From positions 1 to 35,105 of the forward strand of contig JAKLKB010000138.1 in assembly GCA_023150835.1 (NCBI GenBank): 35,105 bases of DNA. Reading direction: 5' to 3'. The notes beneath the pieces were generated by a model. It had not been told where the DNA came from. It did no database searches and was given only the letters and a program-made list of their open reading frames with translations. This DNA comes from Myxococcota bacterium. Lineage in GTDB: Bacteria; Myxococcota_C; UBA6777. This document shows positions 19,243 through 27,534 of the stretch, in pieces. Position numbers and translations under genes: made by a program. The stretch's first letter is position 1, and every line of letters starts with the position of its first letter.

Positions 19243-19386
19243 AAGAACACAAGCACCCAAAGCCTAAAGAACACAAGCACCCAAAGCCTGAAGAACACAA
19301 GCACCCAAAGCCTAAAGAACACAAGCACCCAAAGCCTGAAGAACACAAGCACTCAAAGCCTGAAGAACACAAGCGCCCGAGGCTAC
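19243..19386. repeat. Intergenic 24-bp tandem repeat, 5 units plus 1 degenerate
   Basis: AAGAACACAAGCACCCAAAGCCT(A/G) units with no spacers. Confidence 0.95.
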
Positions 19387-19430
19387 CCAAAAACACAAAC
19401 ACCCCAAAAGCCCGCGACAACAGCACCGCG

Positions 19431-20582
19431 TTAGAGGCCGCTCGAAAACAAGAGGTGTGCTTGGCCTGTTTTTGTTTGGGCGTGTGTGGGAAAAGGACCG
19501 AGGTGCATCGCGGATTTCGCGGGCTTTTTGGCTCCAAAGCCGGGAGACAAAATAAAAAAGACGACAGCCCCTGCTGCAAAAAGGCCCGCACCACCGTACA
19601 AAAGATTGGCAACCAAGGCAGCGCTGCCTGCGTCGGCTTGGATCTTGGGGAGGTCGACTTGGTAGGTTTCAGGCTTTTTCCCGATCGCGAGCGTCGAGTT
19701 TGCACGAAGCCCCATAAAGATCGCGCCTCCGACCAACGCTGCGGCAAGGCCCGCCGACACGCCGCCCAAGATCAACATCAAGTTGGGTCCGCTTTTTGGT
19801 TTCTTCGATGGATCGGGCGTATCGGTCAATGGATCTTTGTCGCCGTCGGGCAAGATCGGATCGCGTGGAGAGACTTTGCGTTTTTCAGGCTCTTCGACGC
19901 GGCGTTCAGGGACGGGTTCTTCGACGCGCCGCTCAGGGACGGGTTCTTCGCTACGGCGGCGTTCGGGGGCGGGTTCTTCGCTACGGCGGCGTTCGGGGGC
20001 GGGTTCTTCGACGCGCCGCTCGGGGGGAGGACGACGGCGCACAGAAAAATCAAACCCACCGAAGCTGATCTTTCGGCGTTTTGGGGGAGGTTCGTCTTGG
20101 CGTTTTTCGGGTGCAGGTTCGTCTTGGCGTTTTTCGGGTGGGTCTCGGCGTTCAGGAGGGGCCTCTCTTCGAGCGACAGGTGGATCGCCACCGAGTCCAG
20201 ATTGACTGCGCGCTTCTCGAAAGAGTTCTGACAAACGAGCGGGTGTTTGGGGTGGAAGCGCAACATTGTTGTCCACCTTGATGGCTTGTTTCATCGAATC
20301 GATGGCTTTGTCGCGGTCGCGCAGATAAGCGTGGCACAAACCAACATACAACAAAGCACGTGCTTTTTCCGTCCCACTGCTGCTGCCTGCAAGGCGTTCA
20401 AAGATCGGCAAAGCGTCGCGGATCTCAAAGTTTTTGTAGTGTTCAACAGCCTTTTGAAAGTCCGAGGCGTTGGCCCAAACGCAAGGAGCAGCAAACAACA
20501 TTCCCGTCAAAGCCGCGCAAAAGCCCAACCATCGGAGGATACGAAAACACTCATCTGCTGTGGTGTGGATGTATCTCATCAC
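19431..20582 (-). CDS. Exported TPR protein with a Pro/Glu/Arg repeat linker and two C-terminal Gly-rich hydrophobic helices
   Basis: Signal ending ANA-like, a TPR-like ALLYVGLCHAYLRDRDKAIDSMKQAI, RRxEEPxPE repeats and two hydrophobic segments. Confidence 0.8.
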   Translation of the reverse strand: MMRYIHTTADECFRILRWLGFCAALTGMLFAAPCVWANASDFQKAVEHYKNFEIRDALPIFERLAGSSSGTEKARALLYVGLCHAYLRDRDKAIDSMKQAIKVDNNVALPPQTPARLSELFREARSQSGLGGDPPVARREAPPERRDPPEKRQDEPAPEKRQDEPPPKRRKISFGGFDFSVRRRPPPERRVEEPAPERRRSEEPAPERRRSEEPVPERRVEEPVPERRVEEPEKRKVSPRDPILPDGDKDPLTDTPDPSKKPKSGPNLMLILGGVSAGLAAALVGGAIFMGLRANSTLAIGKKPETYQVDLPKIQADAGSAALVANLLYGGAGLFAAGAVVFFILSPGFGAKKPAKSAMHLGPFPTHAQTKTGQAHLLFSSGL

Positions 20583-20606
20583 AAAATCTCGCCTATGCTT
20601 GGGGTT

Positions 20607-22925
20607 TTAGGGTGCAAAGAAAAGAGGGCTTGCGCAACGGAAGCCGATATCCGCAGCACCTGCGCTTGGATCTGCGCTGTCTCTTTTTGAAGAAGAAAGC
20701 TCCACATCGGTCGAAAGATACGAGCCTCCGCGCACCACCCGTTTTTGTCCTGTGGTCGGACCTGTGGGGTTTTTGGCGGGGCCATTTTTGTAAGCATCTG
20801 CATCGTAGAAATCCGCCACCCACTCACGGACGTTGCCCGAAAGATGCAAGATCCCGTAAGGGCTTGCGCTCGTCAACAACGCGGTCACATCCACGGTGTT
20901 TTTGTCTGGGCAATCTTTGTAGTTGGCCTTCTGACAATCGGGCGAGTCGCTTCCCCACGGATAGGTGCGTTGGTCGAATGCGCGTGCAGCTTTTTCCCAC
21001 TCAGCCTCGGTGGGCAGGCGCTTTCCACGAAATGCACAGTAGGTCTTCGCTTGTTCCCATGTCACGTGGATCACGGGGCGCTCGGCGTATTGGGCATTGT
21101 CGTAATAATCCGCGATGCTTCCAGAGCTTTTGTTACTTGGGGCGCTGCACTTTCCTTGGGTCACACATTCTTTGTACTGCTTGACGGAAACCTCGTAGGG
21201 ATCGAGATAAAAAGCATCGACGGTGACGTCTCCGAGGGGTTCATCGGGATTTTTGCCCGAGCCGCGTTTGTAAGTTCCCGCAGGGATCAGCACCATCTGA
21301 TCGAGTTCACAAGCGTCACCCAAACCAAATGACTCCACCCACCCTGTTTGGTTCGGGCGCAAGATGCCTGCGGGTTGGTCGCTATTTTTGTTGGCGGGTT
21401 CAAAAACATCAGGGCAGAAGTCGAAGGAGTTTGGGCGGAGATCGCGATCAAGGTCGCATTGTAGATCGACGCGAAACTGAAGAGGCGCATGTTCGACGCT
21501 ATTGAGCGCCTTGCCGTCTTTGTCTTTGCCACCGATCAAAAACATCGCATCTCTCGCGATCACCGCAGCAGCCATCTCACGCGGCGTCACTTGCGTCACT
21601 TGGAGTAGCCCGTGGAGGCTACACAACCACGAATCCAAACTGCCACCAAAGATATCTTTCGCGCCTTGCTTGTCTTTGATCGGCGCGAAATACAACTGCC
21701 CATCGAGCTTTCCGCTTCCGTCTTTTACGGCGTACAAAAACAAACGGCGGATATCGGCGATCGCCTGAAACGTCGAAACTCCGTCTGGCAGAGAGGTGGT
21801 TTCGCACCATCCTTCGAGACTTCCGTCAGGCAAGAGGCGCGTCACCATGACTTTGCGTGTCTTGTTGGTGCTCAAAAAGTACAGCAGATGATGGTTTTGC
21901 AGCATATAACCTTTGTCGGGCGCAGGAAGAGCCGCCACAGGTTCGGGACTTCCGAGCGTTCCATCGGGCCTTAACAACATACGCTCTCCGTCCGCGCTCA
22001 GCGTTCCGTTGTTGTCGCCGCCCACCATGTACAGGTAACCGTATTGAAACGTGATCCCTGCTTCGAGGCGAACGCTATCCCAACTTCCTAAACGCCGAAA
22101 CGCATCCAACGATCCATCGCTTTTGATCTGCGCACGCTCGACCGTCTTGACGGGCTTTCCGTCGCTGCCTTTTCCACCCACCACCAAGATCGCGTTTTTA
22201 TCGAAAAAAACGCTCGCGTTGACACGCGCATCATTGAGCTTCGGTCCTGTTTTCCACGCACCAAGGCGATTTTGGGTGTTCACTTCTGCATAAAAGCTCT
22301 CGTCTCCAGCGCTCCCATCGGCGGAACCACCGACGACGTACACAAACACTTTTTGGGCGCTGCTGTCTTGATCGACACGACGGCGAAAGCCGTTGGAAAC
22401 CGCCGCAGCACCGACCAGTTCTTTCGGTAGCGTCTCGGTACTTGCCACAAACGCTTCTCCAAAACGCTCACAGTCGGACTGGTTGGGAACAGGGCAGACC
22501 AGCTTGTCTTTGGCTTGGGTGTAAGTGCATTGAGTGGTCGGATTTTCGGGGATTTTTTCGACAACGGCCTCTTCGGGGGTGCTGCTTTCTTCGGGGCTGC
22601 TGGCCTCTTCAGGCGTCCCCTCGGTCGCGTCCGCAACGACCTCTTCTTGAGGCGCTTCGTTGATGGTCTCTGTTGGCAGCTCAACGGTTCCCGCCTTGAC
22701 GCATTTGTTCGTGGCGGGGTTACATTCCCAACCGCTCAGACACGGCGACTCGTTGGGGAATTCGGGATTGCGGAAACACGGGCGTCCTGCAAGATCCAAG
22801 GACTCCACGATACAGCCCGATTGGTAAGACACCAAAAAGCCCGCCAAACAACAAAAACACACAAGCAGAATCCCTCGAAACTTGTGCAGATCATCCTGAT
22901 GAATCATCGAAAAAAACTCCAACAA
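20607..22925 (-). CDS. Probable lipoprotein: Cys-rich N-module, kelch-like repeats, TSP3-like acidic motif and a C-terminal FGE-sulfatase (SUMF1/PvdO-like) domain
   Basis: QSG-C lipobox-like; YVVGG/LVVGG/YMVGG/FLIGG repeats; DLDRDLRPNSFDFCP; RLPTEAEWEKAAR, SGNVREW, RGGS and GFRC. Start may be 22907. Confidence 0.82.
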   Translation of the reverse strand: MLEFFSMIHQDDLHKFRGILLVCFCCLAGFLVSYQSGCIVESLDLAGRPCFRNPEFPNESPCLSGWECNPATNKCVKAGTVELPTETINEAPQEEVVADATEGTPEEASSPEESSTPEEAVVEKIPENPTTQCTYTQAKDKLVCPVPNQSDCERFGEAFVASTETLPKELVGAAAVSNGFRRRVDQDSSAQKVFVYVVGGSADGSAGDESFYAEVNTQNRLGAWKTGPKLNDARVNASVFFDKNAILVVGGKGSDGKPVKTVERAQIKSDGSLDAFRRLGSWDSVRLEAGITFQYGYLYMVGGDNNGTLSADGERMLLRPDGTLGSPEPVAALPAPDKGYMLQNHHLLYFLSTNKTRKVMVTRLLPDGSLEGWCETTSLPDGVSTFQAIADIRRLFLYAVKDGSGKLDGQLYFAPIKDKQGAKDIFGGSLDSWLCSLHGLLQVTQVTPREMAAAVIARDAMFLIGGKDKDGKALNSVEHAPLQFRVDLQCDLDRDLRPNSFDFCPDVFEPANKNSDQPAGILRPNQTGWVESFGLGDACELDQMVLIPAGTYKRGSGKNPDEPLGDVTVDAFYLDPYEVSVKQYKECVTQGKCSAPSNKSSGSIADYYDNAQYAERPVIHVTWEQAKTYCAFRGKRLPTEAEWEKAARAFDQRTYPWGSDSPDCQKANYKDCPDKNTVDVTALLTSASPYGILHLSGNVREWVADFYDADAYKNGPAKNPTGPTTGQKRVVRGGSYLSTDVELSSSKRDSADPSAGAADIGFRCASPLFFAP

Positions 22926-23045
22926 AGAAAGCTACCTGCTGCGCGACTGCGCCCTAAGGTTGTAGCGAAACAGAATCCCCCCGTCAAGATCGGCTCCTTA
23001 GCGGCTTGTATCGTCAAGAAAAGAGGCCAGAGATTACGGTGGGCG

Positions 23046-23157
23046 CTCGCTTAGGCAAGTCGGCGGAGGTGGCGTAGTTTCAACGGGCCGCCGATAAACA
23101 CCCACCATGCAAAGGAAACTCGCTTAGGCAAGTCGGCGGAGGTGGCGTAGTTTCAAC
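23046..23157. repeat. Perfect 39-bp direct repeat (23046-23084, 23119-23157) duplicating the 3' end of VWA protein 3, with a 34-bp spacer
   Basis: CTCGCTTAGGCAAGTCGGCGGAGGTGGCGTAGTTTCAAC occurs twice. Confidence 0.95.
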
Positions 23158-25754
23158 ACCATCGCCAACAACAGCAACAACAACAGCGTCGACTCAAAGG
23201 GTGCCGAAGCACCCGCATCGCACACACATCCTCGCGCCCGACCTAGGCCGCTTTCGGGCTGCCCACCATCCACACCGCCACTTTTTTCGATCACAGCGGG
23301 TTCGCTTGGCGTCACTTCGTTGGCGGTCTCTGCGAGACCTTCGGAATCAACTTCGTTTCCGCGAGTTGTCGATTGTCCGCATTGGGCATCATGGCAGGCT
23401 TGACCTGTGGGGCATTTGATGTTGTGGCAAGGATCGTGAACGCACGCACCGCCCACACAACGCCGCCCCACCGCACAAGACACCACCGCACACGGATCGA
23501 TCACGCACTTTCCGTCTTCGCATCGTTGCCCGTTGTTGCACTGGACATTCTGGCAAAGCCCGCTGCGTCCGGGATCATTCTCGCATTTCCCATCCACACA
23601 ACGCTCTCCTTGGTTGCACACCACCCCTTCACAAGACAGCACACACGCACCCTCCCGACAAAACTGGCCGTTTGGACAAGTGCGGTTGTAGCAGGGATCG
23701 TCTTCGCACAGGCTATCGACACAGCGTTTGCCAAGCAAACAACCGACAATGTAGCAATCGCGCTTGACGCATTGACCGCGAGAACAGATCAGGCCATCGG
23801 GACATTGGACCAGCGTGCAAAGGTTGACACAACGGCCTGCAACACATTGTTCGTTGGCGGAGCAAGTCACGCTCACACAAGCATCTCCGATGCAGTAACC
23901 ATCGACACATTGGAGTCCTTGCGAGCACTCGCCATTGCGGCAAGGATTGCGACATGCACCGTCCCGACAAGCTGCACCGGCAGGACATGGGGCGTTTTCA
24001 TCGGCTTGTCCGTTGCAGTTGTTGTCTTTGCCATCGCAAAGTTCGGGCTGAACGATCGGTGCAGTACAGCCCTCAAAGGTGCCGTTTCGACAAGTTTCCA
24101 CACCCGAACCACAGGCGGTTTTGCACTCACGTGTGACATCTTCGTCGATGGTTCCGTCACAATCATTGTCTTTGCCATCGCAGATCTCTGCTTGCGGTTG
24201 CGGTCCCGAACATCCGCTCCATTGGCCGTTTTTGCATTGGGCCACACCATCGCCACAGGCTCCCTGACAAGACTTGGGTGGGATATCGTCGATCGCTCCG
24301 TTGCAATCGTCATCCACTCCGTTGCACTCTTCGGCTTTGGGGGTCTTGGCATCGCAGTTGACCCAACGTCCGTTGATACAGGTCTCGGTGCCTTGGCCGC
24401 ACTTGCTCGAACAAGAGCGCGTCAAGTTCTCATCGACCGAACCATCGCAGTTATCGTCTTGCCCGTTGCATTTTTCGGGTTCTGGGCTGCGGGCGGTGCA
24501 TCCGCCCCATTTGCCGCCTTTGCAAGTCTCGATGCCTTGACCGCAAGCCGTTTGGCAGCCTCGTGCCAGACCATCGTCGATCGAACCGTTGCAATCGTTG
24601 TCAAGGCCGTCACAGACCTCGGGGCTTGGGGGCAATGCAGAGACCGAACATTGAACCCCGCTGCGATCGGGTTTGCAGATGAATTGACCTGTACGGTTGC
24701 ACGTTCCCGATCCTGCCGAACAAGAAGCCCCTTTGTTTGGCCAATCTTCGTCGACTTGACCGTCGCAATCGTTGTCGATGCCATCGCATTCTTCGGCCTG
24801 TGGGGGAGCCGCTTGGGCAGTGCAGATCACACCGCCACCATCGGGGCGGCAAACATACACACCTGTCCGTTGACAGGCCCCTTGTCCCGCCGAACAAGAA
24901 CGTCCGAGTTGATTGGACCATGTTTCATCGATCCGACCGTCGCAGTTGTTGTCTTGCCCGTCGCAGATCTCGGTTTGGGGTTTGGGTGCGGTGCATCCGC
25001 TCCAGACACCAAAGGAACACACTTCTTGGCCTGCGCCGCACGCTGTGCTGCAGGTGCGTGTTAAGTTCTCATCGACTTGACCGTCACAGTCGTTGTCTTT
25101 GTTGTCGCAAACCTCCGCAGTTGCGTTGTTTGCGATCTGATTAAATGCGTTGGTCAGTTGGTTCTGATCGTTGGCGTCGTAGGGAAGGCCCGTTTGACCA
25201 TTTTGCGCAACGGAATTCAACACCGCAGCGTTAAACTGGATCCCGATGACGTAGGTCTTGATCTTGTAATTGGTCCAAACAGCCAGTGCTTCGACAGCGG
25301 GATCGCGGTTGTCGCCTGTGGGGTTTCCGTCGGTGATCAGCACGATGTAATAAGGCCGATCGCGTGTGGCAGCGGGTTCTGCTTGGCGCAAGCCGTTGAG
25401 ATACACTCCTGCGTTGTAAAGCGCCGTTCCCATCTTGGTGTAGTTTTCGTTCGAGGGCAGGGTATCCACCATCGCGGCGATCGAAGTTCCCCCGCTTGAC
25501 GACACACCGACACGCAAGTTGTAGAACTCGCCAAAGGTCGACAGACCGAAGTTGATCTTGTTGTTGTACGAAGTCGTAAAGGTTTTGATCGCGTTGCGCA
25601 CGATGGTATGGCGTGTTGGGATGGTGGTGTTTTCCATACTCCCCGACACATCGAGCACGAGCAAGACGTTGGGGGGTTCACAAGCTTGTGCGATCTTTGG
25701 CGAAAACAGCCCCAAAGATCCCAAGACAACAAACAGCAGCGAGATCCATCTCAT
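23124..25754 (-). CDS. Surface protein 3: signal peptide, VWA, 8 ExCxxxDxxCxG repeats, Cys-rich repeats and MYXO-CTERM-like tail
   Basis: Signal ending AQA, MIDAS DVSGS, ITDG and VIGI. Tail GCVC...LLLLLLLAMVLKLRHLRR. GGAGG RBS at ATG 25754. Confidence 0.88.
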   Translation of the reverse strand: MRWISLLFVVLGSLGLFSPKIAQACEPPNVLLVLDVSGSMENTTIPTRHTIVRNAIKTFTTSYNNKINFGLSTFGEFYNLRVGVSSSGGTSIAAMVDTLPSNENYTKMGTALYNAGVYLNGLRQAEPAATRDRPYYIVLITDGNPTGDNRDPAVEALAVWTNYKIKTYVIGIQFNAAVLNSVAQNGQTGLPYDANDQNQLTNAFNQIANNATAEVCDNKDNDCDGQVDENLTRTCSTACGAGQEVCSFGVWSGCTAPKPQTEICDGQDNNCDGRIDETWSNQLGRSCSAGQGACQRTGVYVCRPDGGGVICTAQAAPPQAEECDGIDNDCDGQVDEDWPNKGASCSAGSGTCNRTGQFICKPDRSGVQCSVSALPPSPEVCDGLDNDCNGSIDDGLARGCQTACGQGIETCKGGKWGGCTARSPEPEKCNGQDDNCDGSVDENLTRSCSSKCGQGTETCINGRWVNCDAKTPKAEECNGVDDDCNGAIDDIPPKSCQGACGDGVAQCKNGQWSGCSGPQPQAEICDGKDNDCDGTIDEDVTRECKTACGSGVETCRNGTFEGCTAPIVQPELCDGKDNNCNGQADENAPCPAGAACRDGACRNPCRNGECSQGLQCVDGYCIGDACVSVTCSANEQCVAGRCVNLCTLVQCPDGLICSRGQCVKRDCYIVGCLLGKRCVDSLCEDDPCYNRTCPNGQFCREGACVLSCEGVVCNQGERCVDGKCENDPGRSGLCQNVQCNNGQRCEDGKCVIDPCAVVSCAVGRRCVGGACVHDPCHNIKCPTGQACHDAQCGQSTTRGNEVDSEGLAETANEVTPSEPAVIEKSGGVDGGQPESGLGRARGCVCDAGASAPFESTLLLLLLLAMVLKLRHLRRLA

Positions 25755-25988
25755 CGAAATACCTCCGCAAAAAGAGACGCAAAGCCGCATCCATAGCGCT
25801 CCACGCGAAAACTACGCACACAAAGACGTTGCGATCTTCGGCAACCACAACACAAAAGTTCCGCACAAAACAAGCCCCACGCATCCCGCCCAAGCACGGA
25901 CGAAGACTTGCCCCCTACGCACCAACGGCAGAACCCCCCGCGAGAAATGCAACGATCCATCCCGCCAAAGCAACGATCGAGAGGGCAC

Positions 25989-27308
25989 TCAGCGTTCACC
26001 TTTGCATTCTGTAGGAACAACCGCAGGGGTTCCGTCGGGATTGACGACGCCTTGGACGTACCAACACATATCGAGCAGTTGCTTGTCCGTAAAATACTGT
26101 CCTGCGGCAAGGCGTTCTTTGCCTGTGTTGTCGATCTGAGGGCCTTTGAAAGGCAGTTGTTGGCCTTCCACGCCTTCTTTGACGAGCTGAGGGATGAAGC
26201 TTTGCACTTGGATGCGGGCAGTCCCCGACACTGTGGGGCTGATCTCGGAAAGGTACACCACGCTATCGTTTCGATCGGAGCGCATGGACTCCCACACAGT
26301 AATCGAAGGATCCCATGTCCCATTTTTCATTTTTTCGACGATGCGTGCGACGATCGGACCCCAGTTCCAGTAAGCAGAAGTGAGGCAAGTCCGAGCGCCA
26401 AAGCTACAGATGTTCAAACTGTTATAACCGATGGTATAGGCGTTGAGTCCTTTCTTTGTAGTACGGGGCTGGCCGTCCTTATTTTCCACGTATTCGAGGG
26501 GAATCGAGGTGTTGGAGTGGCCGTGTATCACATCCACTTCGTTGTCAAGGAGTTCTTGAGTGAGGATGGGTTCCTTTTTTGCGTCAAACCAAGTCGAGAT
26601 CCAAACAACCGAAACGGTGGCTTGGGGATTGATCGTGCGTACACCGTTGGTAAATGCGTTGATATGCCGGATCAACTGAGGGATCGCAACCGTCACGACG
26701 ATACCGACACGATTGGTTTTTGTAGTGGCTCCAGCGACCATCCCAGCAAGCCATTCTGCTTGGTACATCCGACCAAAATAAGAACCCATATTGCGACCTG
26801 TCTCAAAGCCCGCGCAGGTTAGAAAGCTGGTGTTGGGGTGGAGCGATGTTTTGGAAAGCAGGGGGACAAGATAATCGGAACTTGCGCCGATGATCACGTT
26901 GTAGCCGCGCTGAATGAAATCTTCCATCTGGGCAGGAGCGGCAGTCGGGCTGATCGATTCAGCAAAAGCGGTCTCATAACCCAAGCTGGCAAGGTATTGT
27001 CGGCCTTGGTTATGCGCCCAAACCCATCCATAATCACCGACAGGACCGCTGAGAAGATAGGCAATTCGCGGTTTAGAGAGAGGCGGGCGAAAGGGGCTAT
27101 CAGGATCATGTTCAACTCCGCCATCCTCGGGATTTTCTGTGGCCGAACCTTCGGCAACGCAGAAACCTCCTTGGCAAACAAAGCCGCTGGCGCAAACGCG
27201 ACTTTCGTTGCAAGGGAAACGGATTCCCGACCAGTCAAACGCCCCTGTACAGGCGATGCTTGCAAGGGTCATTGAGAGGGCAACGGCAAGGAAACAGACA
27301 TGTCGCAT
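25989..27308 (-). CDS. BMP (PnrA/TmpC-like) family substrate-binding lipoprotein with an extra N-terminal Cys4 module
   Basis: Lipobox SIA-C; GPVGDYGW, YFGRMYQAEWLAGMVAG, HINAF, WFD and YWNWGP. GGAG RBS. Confidence 0.88.
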   Translation of the reverse strand: MRHVCFLAVALSMTLASIACTGAFDWSGIRFPCNESRVCASGFVCQGGFCVAEGSATENPEDGGVEHDPDSPFRPPLSKPRIAYLLSGPVGDYGWVWAHNQGRQYLASLGYETAFAESISPTAAPAQMEDFIQRGYNVIIGASSDYLVPLLSKTSLHPNTSFLTCAGFETGRNMGSYFGRMYQAEWLAGMVAGATTKTNRVGIVVTVAIPQLIRHINAFTNGVRTINPQATVSVVWISTWFDAKKEPILTQELLDNEVDVIHGHSNTSIPLEYVENKDGQPRTTKKGLNAYTIGYNSLNICSFGARTCLTSAYWNWGPIVARIVEKMKNGTWDPSITVWESMRSDRNDSVVYLSEISPTVSGTARIQVQSFIPQLVKEGVEGQQLPFKGPQIDNTGKERLAAGQYFTDKQLLDMCWYVQGVVNPDGTPAVVPTECKGER

Positions 27309-27534
27309 GAGTCCTCCAAAGGAAGATAATCGGTTTAAGAAGTAGGACTTGATAGCACTCGGTCAGGTCGGTATCTGTTGGCAACGAAATCGATCCGTTT
27401 GATGTTTCAACGCACAGAGGCGTCGCAACACACGGTGAAGTGTACCACACGCAAACCTTGGTGAAACCGAGCTTTTTTAGAAGAAAAAAGTAAGTGAGCC
27501 GTCGACTTGTTTTTTGATGAAATCTTGTAGGGGG

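Noticed and set aside
16925..19386. CRISPR arrays at the 17-bp and 24-bp repeats
   Set aside because: Head-to-tail units without unique spacers, and no cas genes.
18469..19434. ORFs reading through the 24-bp repeat (KNTSTQSL or LVFFRLWV repeats)
   Set aside because: They are open only because the unit is a multiple of 3. One is antisense to the kinase, and neither has a convincing RBS.
23046..23157. Mini-CRISPR
   Set aside because: One repeat is coding sequence, there are only two copies, there is no hairpin, the GTTTCAAC end has the wrong polarity and no cas genes are present.
9306..25064. Hydrophobic plus-strand ORFs 9306-10499, 10878-11816, 12304-13533 and 23373-25064
   Set aside because: Antisense readings of the Cys-rich repeat genes.
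27309..27534. Purine riboswitch upstream of the BMP gene
   Set aside because: No recognisable purine aptamer core motifs.
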